Shown piece after piece: positions 11,122-20,000 of a stretch of DNA of 20,000 nucleotides (position 1 is its first letter; every line of letters begins with the position of its first letter). Under the pieces are notes generated by a model, which saw only the letters and a program-made list of their open reading frames with translations, had not been told where the DNA came from and did no database searches. Made by a program: the position numbers and the translations under genes. This DNA is from Microthyrium microscopicum (taxonomy: Eukaryota). The stretch covers positions 2,762,751-2,782,750 of the forward strand of contig MU004231.1 of the NCBI GenBank assembly GCA_010405405.1, in the 5' to 3' direction.

Positions 11122-12117
11122 CTAGTCTGTCAATACCACAAGCTTCCCTCCTGCTTTGTTGGAATCCATTAACTCATGAGCCTGCACGATCTCATCAATC
11201 CTGAACACCTTGCCAATCGGCACCTTGATATCTCCGGACTCAATATCCTTCAGGAGTTGCGTGAGTGGAGTCTTTTGGAAATCCGTTATGCCTCCAGAGT
11301 ATGCCGTCAGCTTGACGGCATGAGGAATCAATTCCATCGGATTCACTCCATCCATCGTCCACTTGTTGCCGACGATGCCAGTCATACACACTGTACCACC
11401 CTGTTTGGCGCATTTTAGAGAGTCTTCGAGTGTAGTGACCCCGATCAGCTCCAGCACCTTGTCGACACCACCACTTGTCGCTGCCTTGACATCATCCGCG
11501 ATGCTACCATTGTCGACAAAGACTGTGTCCACGCCATTGGCCTTGAGCAGGTCCGATTGCGCTTCACGGCGTGTAGTAGCTGAAACGCGAGCACCCAGCT
11601 TATGGGCTATATTAGCTGCAGTCAAGCCAACGGAAGTAGTCCCGCCTCTGATAAGCAAATGCTCGCCTTTCTTCAGATCGAGAGCCGTGAAAAGAGAACC
11701 CCAAGCAGTCTGGAACATTTCCGGAATGGCACCAACAGTCTCCCAAGGAAGGGTCGTCTCGATCTTCTGGACATTTTCTGCCGAGACACAGGTGTATTGT
11801 GCATAACCACCGTCAAAAGCTCGACCCAGACCACCCATGACTGTAGCGACTTTCTGGCCCTTGTTGAATTCGCCGCCAGGAGCGCTTTCAATTTCTCCAA
11901 CTGCTTCGATTCCTAAAACTCTGGGAAACTTGACATCGGGAGAGGCACCTTGCCGTGTGAACATTTCTGATCGATTGATACCGAAAGCTCTCACTCGGAT
12001 GAGGACTTGGCGTGCTGCTGGGGTTGGGATTGGAATATTCTCGAGTTTGAGAACCTCAGGACCTCCAGCCTCATAGATTCTGACCGCTTTCATAAGAGCC
12101 ATTTTGATGCTTGTCAT
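11122..12117 (-). CDS. Zinc-independent MDR-superfamily NADPH:quinone oxidoreductase-like protein, ~323-331 aa (start may be the MKAVRI Met at 12093)
   Basis: [57 protein letters not shown] and [16 protein letters not shown]. No Zn-ligand Cys/His pattern. Intronless. Confidence 0.93.
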   Translation of the reverse strand: MTSIKMALMKAVRIYEAGGPEVLKLENIPIPTPAARQVLIRVRAFGINRSEMFTRQGASPDVKFPRVLGIEAVGEIESAPGGEFNKGQKVATVMGGLGRAFDGGYAQYTCVSAENVQKIETTLPWETVGAIPEMFQTAWGSLFTALDLKKGEHLLIRGGTTSVGLTAANIAHKLGARVSATTRREAQSDLLKANGVDTVFVDNGSIADDVKAATSGGVDKVLELIGVTTLEDSLKCAKQGGTVCMTGIVGNKWTMDGVNPMELIPHAVKLTAYSGGITDFQKTPLTQLLKDIESGDIKVPIGKVFRIDEIVQAHELMDSNKAGGKLVVLTD

Positions 12118-12728
12118 GAAGTAATCGGTACAAATAAGTGTTCGGAGGAAGATAGTATGTTATCTGATCTGTTGTTGGTTTAGTTCCAAACAGTGCCTGC
12201 CAAGCGGACTTTATAGTGTAATTACCTGGCATCAAAAAAGGGTTGGCGGAATCTATTCCTTACCCGGGTAAAGAGTAGGTTGTCAGCGTTGGTAATCGAC
12301 GTCTCTTGTATAATATGTCGGTTTCAGCGAATTAGCCTTACAGAAACGACCTTAGCTGCAGGATGGAGAACCTCAAAATTGACTCAACCATTAGGCTGCG
12401 ACTGTTGATAAGCAGGTATGCATATGTCGGGAGCCAAAAGATACAACGTTTTGAGAGTCAGCGAGGCTGGAATTATTCAGCCGGCCTTGTGTATGAAAAA
12501 TGGCACTAATCTCCGGAGTGGAGTGTATTCCGCGATTGCTAAAAAAACAGAGCTCCGCTTGATAACACCAACCACAAATCTGAAGCTCAACATGAGCGAT
12601 AATTTTAACTGCAAGAGTCGTCACGCTACTCTATTGCTTCAAGCCTTCTAGTAAATTACGAAGCTATTTTGCGGTTCACATAACTCTTTTGATGTAGAGA
12701 GCAGTGAAACGACTTATACCGTATTTCT

Positions 12729-12866
12729 TATTAAAGGTGCGATGTGAAGGGATGGCAGCCGCATAATGGATTATGTAATCAGATGGGGTTAAGACCTACT
12801 ACCTAACGGTAGGACTCTATCGCTTCTAATCTAACTTTGTTATCCTAAATATTTCCTTTATTAATA
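12729..12866 (+). repeat. Probable 5' LTR (138 bp) of the copia element
   Basis: Starts TATTAA and ends TTAATA, the RIP-mutated form of TGTTGA...TCAACA copia termini. Immediately followed by a PBS-like GGTTATAA. No second copy is visible in the window to confirm it. Confidence 0.55.
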
Positions 12867-12880
12867 GGTTATAATAACCC
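12867..12880 (+). other. Putative primer-binding site (half-tRNA-iMet type, GGTTATGA... after de-RIP)
   Basis: GGTTATAATAACCC directly after the LTR end. The first 8 nt match GGTTATGA(GCCC) with one G>A; the rest does not match exactly. Confidence 0.45.
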
Positions 12881-13162
12881 TTTTGAGCCTCTTCTATTAA
12901 TAAATTATTAGATTTATATTTAATCTATTAATTTTCTATTAGCTACTACTAATTTATTATAAAAATAAGCTTGCTAATTATCTACCTAGCTCTAATTATT
13001 AAAACTTAACCCTATAAATTAATAGCTTATTAACTAATATTAATTTTTATTAAAGTTCTATTATCTATTAATAGTTTGCCTTATTTTATTAGTAAGTAAC
13101 TATCGTAAGTAATTATACCCTATTATCTTTACTTTATCTTATTCCCTTACTACTCTACTATT

Positions 13163-16100
13163 ATATTAATATTTAGAGTTAACTAGAGTAGTATACCTAA
13201 GCTATTAGCTAATAGTAATAACTTTATTAAATAGTATATATCCTAAATATATATTCTTAAGTATAATAAGTACTTTAATATTATTAAGAAAAAGCCTACT
13301 AATCTTAATAACGTTATTAATAATAATATTAATACTAAAGCTATAATAATACTACTTAGTAGCATATATAATAAATACTAGCTAATAATTACTAGCTTTA
13401 AGTTTGCTACTAACGCCTAGTAATAGCTAGTAGCAAAATATAATTAAGATACTAATAATAATACTATCTTTTAATTTTGTACGCTTACTAGCCTACGTTA
13501 TAAAGATAGTAAAAACTTAATAGACTACCTTAATAACTTCTATTAAATCTAGACTTACTTATATAAGAAATGTATTACCTTATTATAGCTTGTTACTAAA
13601 GCTATAAAAGCAATTTTTAAAAGCAATAAGGTAAAAGGCTTATTCTTTCTAATAATACTACTAGATACTATAAACAACGTTATTAATAACTTTAATATAA
13701 AGAATATCTTAAAGTTTACTACTATTAAGCTAAAGATCCTTAATATTACTAAATGCTACTTTTTTAACTTTATTTAGAGTATAGCGTACTATAGTAAGAA
13801 GACGCTTAAAAGCTTATTATTTAGTAAGTAAAAAGTCTATACCTAGTACTAAAGTAAAGGTTTTACTTTTATTAGCTACTTTTACTTAGATTATAAATAT
13901 TTTACTAAGTATAAGAAAAAGAAAGACGTCTTTAATAATAGTAAATTAAAGACCCTTGCTAATAAATCTAAAGCTTCTAGTAAGATAAAAAAACTATTAG
14001 AAAATTGCTAAAAGAAGCCTAGAGCCTTAGTAAGGCTTACTAAGGATTCTAATATTAAAAAGGTCTATAGGAACGACTCTAAAAATAATATCTAGATTGT
14101 TACTACCTTTAGCGTAGTAATATATATTAACGTAAATAGTAAACGCGTATATATAAGTTTTCTTCCTAGTAATAAAATTAAAATACTTTATCTTATTAAA
14201 CTAATAATAATTCTACTAAAAGCTACTACCCTAGCTATATACCTTTATATAACGCTATAAATTTTTAATATAGGCGCATTTAGATATATATTTAGATTTA
14301 TTAAAGATTTTAATAGTATAAGAAAGTATACTAGTATAGTACGTATTATTAATAGTATTAAACTACTAATCTAAGAAATTAAAAATATCTTACTATATTA
14401 TTATTTACTTAATAGGTTAATATCCTTTATTAAACTAACTAATACTATCTATAGTTATAAATTTATTAATACTAGATTACTAAGCTAGACTTACGTCTAT
14501 AAAAACTTTTGCCTAATAGTAGAGAATAATAACCTATTTATTTTCTTTCTTACTAGAATAGTAGTTTAGATAAAGTATAAGGCTAAATCTCTATAGATCT
14601 AGCTTTAGTAAGAGACGTATACTACTATATAAGTAGTAATATAACTATTCTTATTATACTAGGAATTTTATAAGGCTATTAAATATTTAAATATTAGTAA
14701 TGCTAAACGCCTATATAGTAACTTTAAAGCTATCCTAAAAATACTATATAAGTTTTACTATAAAGCGTATATTACTATAAACTTAAAGCATATAATACTA
14801 AAATTGTTACTAGAGTAACTAAGCTCTAAACTATTTAACTTTATCTATTCTAATCTATTTAAATAACTTCTAAAGTCTATTAGTAGTAACTAGTACTTCT
14901 TTATCTTTATTAATAACTATATATAATACTCCTAAATCTTTTTTATTAAGAAAAAGTCTAATATTATAATAATTATAGCTTACTTTATTACTTAAGTAAA
15001 AACCTAATTTAGTATTAATATCCTAGTATTTATTAGTAATAATAATAGTAAATATATTAATATAAAAACTATAACTATAATTAAGGATAAAGGAATTAAA
15101 GTTATCTATTTACTAACTTACTTCTATAAAAGTAATAGCTTACTAGAATAATTTATCTAAATAGTCTAGAATACTACTAGAATAATGCTATTAGATAATA
15201 TTTTACTAACTCTCTAGGGCAAAGCTATTATAATAGTAAACTACCTTTATAATAGATAACCTTATACCTTACTACTAATAAAGATAACGCTATATAAAGT
15301 ACTATATAGAGAGAAACTAAAGATCTTATATCTTTATTTATTTAAATAGAAAGTCTATGCTTATATGCTAAAAGAGACTTATGCTTTAGTAGCTAAATTT
15401 TTAAACTATATAGAATAAAGCTACCTTATTAGCTATACTAAGAGTTCTAAGATTTTCTAAATTTTTATTCTAACCTATAGCAAAGTTATTAAAATATAAT
15501 AACTAAAGTTTGCCTCCTATAACCTAGATAACTAACTAAATAGTAAATTTAAATTTAATCTAGGCTTAGGAAAGCTAACTACCGCTAGATCCTTACTAAA
15601 ACTATTAATAAATAAAATATTTAATAATTTAGATTAATTAATACTATCCTTAGTACTAACCTTAGTACTACTAAGTTTACTAACTACTATCTTATTACTA
15701 CTTATAACTCTCTAGCTTCTACCTATAGATATAGCAATAAGAAGCTTAGTAATAGTAAGACGTATTTTAGTAACTACTAGCGTATTATAATAATAGATAA
15801 CTTATACTACGAGACCTTCTACTACTTTAATAACTCTCTTAGCCCCTATTATAACTTATAGTAGCTACTAGCTTAGTTCTATCTTATCTTTTTAAGGACG
15901 TAGCACTACTAGCTATAGTTTAATTAAATATACTAAAATAGTACTAATTAATAATAATATACCTAATAAAGATTAGGACATTATTATTACTATAATAATA
16001 GCTAGTTTACTAAATATACTTAGCTACTTTAACACTACTAGAAAATTCCTATATTAGAATAACTAGAAAGTAGTAATAGACTAAAAGATTCTTTTATATA

Positions 16101-17542
16101 AAGAAAATAGTACTTAGACTTTTATTAAGAAATCTAATATTTCTTTAAAAATAAATATTATTAGCTACTAATAGGTCTTTAATATTAAGATCCTTACTAA
16201 TAATATTAAAAGATATAAAGTAAGACTTATTATTTAAAGCTTCTTATAAATCCTTAGAATTAACTTTAATAAGACTTACTCTTTTATTACCTACTATAAT
16301 AGCCTATGCCTCTTAATAGCACTTATGTATTATAGATAGATTATATATATAATTAATTTTGATACTATATATCTTAATTCTTTACTTAAATAAATAATAT
16401 ATATAAAACTACTACTAGGCTTTAACTTAGCTAATAAGATCTTACTACTTAATAAAGCTATCTATAGCCTTAGATAATTTAGTAGATACTAGAATAGTTT
16501 ATTAACTAATAAACTACTAAAGATTAGCTTCTAGTAAGTAGAGTTTAATCTATATATCTTCTTTAAATAAGAAATCTATATTAGTGTCTATATTAATAAC
16601 GTACTTATTATTAGCAAAAAAAAGTAAGTTTATAATTTTAAAATCGCTACTATAAAGCGTTTTAAATATAAAGACCTTAGTAAAATAAAGCTTCTTCTTA
16701 GCATTAAAATAAAAGTAATAACTAACGCTATTATATTATTATAAGAACGCTACTATAATATAATTCTTTAATATTTCTAAATAGAAAACTATATACTACG
16801 TTAGACTTTAATAAATTTAAACACCTACTTAGAAGTAAGCTTATTATAATCTACTAATAAGTTTTTTATTAAAGAGTACTAGTTTATTATTAGATTATTA
16901 AACTACCTTATTACTAATATAAGACCTAATCTTACCTTTATAATCTCTATACTTAGAAAATTTAACGCTAACCCTTTATAAGAATATTAGCTTTTAATAA
17001 AATAAGTCCTTAAATACGTTAAAGCTATAAGATTATTAAAACTATATATTTACTACTTAGCAATAGATATCCCTATTTAAATTAATCTTTTTAGTAACAC
17101 TTCCTAAGGTTTCTATCTTATTACTATAAAGTCTACTAGTAGATATATTATCTAGATAAATAGCTCTATAATTGCTTAGTTATTAAAATAATAAAGCTAT
17201 ATTACTAAATCTACTACTAAGATAGAATATATAGTAAGCTCTTACGCCGCTATATATCTTATCTAGATAAGAAAAGTATTAATATAACTATATATTAATA
17301 TTACGTATAAACTCTTAATTAATAACTAAGTAATACTAAATATATTACTTAATAATAAGATTAATATATAAATAAAATATATTATAATATATTTCTATTT
17401 TATATATAACTATTTCCTTTAAGGTAGCTATAAATTAGAGTAGGTATCTATTAAGGAAAATATTACTAACGTTTATACTAAAGCTCTTCTACTACTATTT
17501 CTTACTTTTTTTAAAATAATAATAAGCTTATGCCCTTATTAA
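13163..17542 (+). pseudogene. Copia gag-pol polyprotein fossil (~1460 codons, one reading frame)
   Basis: All motifs lie in frame +2 after restoring G/C. Gag PKL..DGDNF.EW (~13196-13235). Zinc-knuckle-like C..C...H....C (~13838-13900). Protease W-I-F-D-T-G-A-S-R-H-M (taa att ttt aat ata ggc gca ttt aga tat ata, 14258). Integrase H..GH/C..C, IHSDL (~14843), SDNGGEY (15035), SNG..ER, LWGEA. RT RYKARLV.QGF.Q.PGIDF.ETYSP (16211), LNKAIYGLRQSG, YVDD (tat att aat aac, 16589-16600). RNaseH SDASW, KST.EAEY, DNQAA, RTKHI, ADV.TKAL (~17465). The start codon position is a guess. Confidence 0.93.
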
Positions 17543-17909
17543 AAAGAAAATAGTTAAAAATACTCTTTTAAAAACTTAAAATTACTACGCTTACTAGCGT
17601 GCTTATTACTAAATTAGTTAGATTAAGTCTCTTACTTATAATATTAATAATTAAAGTTTTATTAACTCGTTTCGTTATAATGTTAACTCTTAATTAACTT
17701 AAGATTTACCCTTCTAGAATCTTTACTACTTAAAAAATAGTAAACCTTTATCTATTTAACTTTTTAATTTAACTACTTCCTTTATCTTTTTTATTTACTA
17801 CTCTTCTACTAAATATTTTTCTACCTTTACTATTCTAAGCTACCCTCTTATAATTTAATTAATCTAAATACTTCTATATATACTATATATATTATTACCT
17901 ACTATTAGA

Positions 17910-19273
17910 ATATCTTTAAACAACAAAATCCTTACTACTATTAAGGAAGTAAATAATAACTTACTTAACTAGTCTAACGCTAAAGTCTTACTTATAGCTT
18001 ATATCTAGAATAGTCCTAAAGCTATTAACTCTACTACTACTAAATCTAGAAGTAAACATATCTATAAAAAGACCCTAAAGGCTAATAATACTTAGCGTTA
18101 TAAATACTACTATAATTAATCTTTAGTCCTAGAAATTAATAATATAAACATTAAGTCTAAGCCTTATAATAACAATTATAACTTTAGCTTTAACATTAAT
18201 AATAAAGTCTTCCTCTTAGACTCTAATAGTAAGTTTAAATACATATATACTAAGAGCTATTATAGTACTACTACCTATTTCTAGGTAAATATAAATACTA
18301 CTAGTCTCTTAACTACTACTACTAATTAACGTACTACTATACGCTATATTCTTAAATTATTTCTTAATATAACTAATCTTATTATTATTAGAAATCTAAA
18401 GGTATATAGTATATTAATTACGTTTAATACCTATTATATTCCTAGCGCTATCTTAGTCTTTATTATAATTATTTATAACTACGTTATAACCTATAGCTAT
18501 ATAATTAACTTTTAGAAGAAGTATAATAATATTAAGTACGTCTATAATAACTTTACTAAGAAACTTAAGAACTAGACTTATTATAAGAACCTCTATAATT
18601 ATTTCTTAACTTATAAAGATATTATTTATATTAAAACTTTTAGTATTATAAAATACTTTAAAGACTCTAAGGCTATTAAATTATCTAATAACTTTATATA
18701 ATACTACGCTAAACTAAAGTATAAGCTTTTTATTACTAACTTTAAAGTTCCTTATTTAACTAATTATAAACTTACTATTTATATTAAACTAATTAACGAA
18801 CGTTAGTTAATAAATATTAACTTTAGTAGTACTAGCTAAACTAATGCTATTATTATTACTAAAGCTACTATAAACTAAGCTACTACTAATACTACTACTA
18901 TTACTACCTCTATTATAGTTACTACTATAGCTCTACTTACTATAGTCCTAGCTCTAGCTACTACTATTAAATCTAGCTTTATTTAGTTGCCTTAACTTAG
19001 CTTAGATCCTAGCTATGCTACTACTAATATAATACTCTAAGTTACTTATACTACGTAATCTATTAACTTATCCTAGATTATTAGAGATAAGTAGATCTTT
19101 AACTACGTAGCTCTATTAGTTACTAATACTAAACTAGTATCTATTCTTTATAAGCTTAACTCTATTATTAAGAAGAATAAAGACCTAAAATTCTTTATCT
19201 TTTAGGGAAAACTCTAAAAAAAGAAGAAGTTAGGTTAGATCTTTCTAATTAAAGTACTTATTAAGATTATTAG
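17910..19273 (+). pseudogene. RIP-degraded second ORF of unknown function downstream of copia pol (~435-455 codons)
   Basis: Frame +3 from ATA (probable ATG) at 17910 reads as codon-like sequence. I counted about 19 stops up to 19217, all TAA/TAG and explainable as RIP of Gln/Trp/Arg codons. Many act/aat/aac/att codons would derive from GCT/GAT/GAC/GTT. The ORF ends at 19217 or runs on to the insertion at 19273. No domain recognised. Confidence 0.65.
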
Positions 19274-19498
19274 TATAACGAGCTGCGGAACTCAGAGCAA
19301 GCAGATAATTAGATTGTATTCTAGAATCTACGAATAGGAGAGAGAGAAGAAGATCTAGAAGAGCTATAGATCTATAAGGGATATAAGTCCGCTCGGCAGA
19401 TCCTTAGGCGCGCTAACCCCCTTAGGTCTAGCGCATAATCTTATAATAAGATCTCTCTCATAACACTACTATAAAGCCTATAAAGAGGAATTATTATA
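19274..19498 (-). repeat. Probable 3' LTR (~225 bp) of a minus-strand Ty3/gypsy element
   Basis: On the minus strand it begins TATAAT (RIP of TGTAAT) 3 nt after a polypurine tract and ends CGTTATA (RIP of CGTTACA). It contains a CT-rich tract and AATACA. An alternative boundary at 19465 (TGTTAT on minus) is possible. Confidence 0.55.
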
Positions 19499-19501
19499 TA
19501 A

Positions 19502-19512
19502 CCCCCTCCTTT
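19502..19512 (-). other. Polypurine tract AAAGGAGGGGG of the gypsy element
   Basis: The plus strand reads ccccctccttt, next to the LTR-like terminus and downstream (on minus) of a chromodomain tail. Confidence 0.7.
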
Positions 19513-19570
19513 AGTATAGCTCTTTAGGCTATAAATTGCTAATTATAACTACTTTCTTAATCTATTTCAT

Positions 19571-19620
19571 TCTAATCTAGTCTAGTCTAGTCTAGTCTAG
19601 TCTAGTCTAGTCTAGTCTAA
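19571..19620. repeat. Pentanucleotide microsatellite (TCTAG)8 flanked by TCTAA units, 10 units in total
   Basis: Read directly. Lies in the gypsy 3' untranslated region. Confidence 0.97.
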
Positions 19621-20000
19621 TAAACTTTTAGTAATAAATAATATTTTAATCCTTCTATAGTATAATACTAACCTTACTAGTTATTTAGAGTATCTTAACC
19701 TCTAGCCTATTAAGGCAACTATTAAGAAGTATTAATAAACCCTAAGATATTCTTAGAATACTCTAGTTCTTAAGTCTTAATAGTCTAGTAGTTAGTAATT
19801 CTATTAGTATAAAGGAATTAGTAGTATAATTATTTACTTCTCCTAATTAGTAAGAACGCTATTAAAGTTATAATTAATACTATCGCTAGTAGGCTTTAGT
19901 ATTAATAATATCTAGGTAGGATATAAGCCTAGCTTACTAAGATACTAAGTATAAAACTTAGTAATAAGCTCTAGTACGTTCTTAGTAGCTATTTAATTAT

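Larger units (their letters stand above)
12729..19273 (+). mobile_element. RIP-inactivated Ty1/copia LTR retrotransposon; 3' end interrupted, 3' LTR not seen
   Basis: Domain order gag-PR-INT-RT-RNaseH is diagnostic of copia. Extreme TpA excess and TpG/CpA depletion. The assignment is firm to 17542; including 17543-19273 is inference. Confidence 0.85.
19274..20000 (-). mobile_element. 3' end of a RIP-inactivated Ty3/gypsy chromovirus; continues beyond the window
   Basis: Minus strand 19980-19924 reads aac gta cta gag ctt att act aag ttt tat act tag tat ctt agt aag cta ggc tta, which de-RIPs to NAPELVAEFHAQYPGKPG(P/S). This is the typical end of a fungal chromovirus integrase chromodomain, followed by a ~410-bp UTR, the PPT and the LTR. 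Confidence 0.75.

Noticed and set aside
8744..12117. Membrane protein, thioesterase and oxidoreductase as a secondary-metabolite cluster
   Set aside because: No backbone enzyme (PKS, NRPS, terpene synthase) or cluster regulator in the window; the neighbours are housekeeping-type genes.
12971..12981. Shared short word (ttgctaattat) with ~19536 as evidence of paired LTRs
   Set aside because: The flanks do not align; short matches are expected in low-complexity RIP DNA.
19216..19229. Purine run AAAAAAAGAAGAAG as the copia polypurine tract
   Set aside because: It is not followed by TGTTGA/TATTAA or by any match to the 5' LTR candidate. It reads equally well as Lys/Glu codons (aaa aag aag aag) continuing the extra ORF.
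19917..19933. TAGGATATAAGCCTAGC as a second copia PBS
   Set aside because: It mismatches GGTTATGAGCCC at a non-RIP position and is better explained as the minus-strand chromodomain tail (KPG-P/S-H-P).
12870..20000. AT-rich block as organellar DNA, an alternative genetic code, or a CRISPR-like array
   Set aside because: Retrotransposon motifs with directional C>T/G>A decay explain it, and no repeat-spacer structure is present.

Overview
Genomic DNA of a filamentous ascomycete, in two sharply different parts. About 1-12.7 kb is gene-dense with balanced GC and short (44-64 nt) GT-AG introns. It holds a partial GNAT acetyltransferase, a kelch-repeat type I membrane protein, lipoate-protein ligase A, a 3-exon small secreted Lys/His/Gly-rich protein, an AN1 zinc-finger protein, a multi-pass membrane protein, a hotdog thioesterase and an MDR-family oxidoreductase. 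About 12.73-20 kb is an AT-rich block with the signature of repeat-induced point mutation (RIP). Reversing C>T/G>A changes by eye shows a Ty1/copia retrotransposon with a probable 138-bp 5' LTR, a PBS, and gag-PR-INT-RT-RNaseH in one frame (~13163-17542). Where the 3' LTR should be there is instead an unexpected second, ~435-455-codon fossil ORF of unknown identity (~17910-19273). That ORF is cut by the 3' end of an oppositely oriented Ty3/gypsy chromovirus (LTR, polypurine tract, chromodomain tail). The most interesting candidates are the extra 3' ORF of the copia element and the cationic secreted peptide precursor. All de-RIP readings and family names come from manual reading, not database searches.
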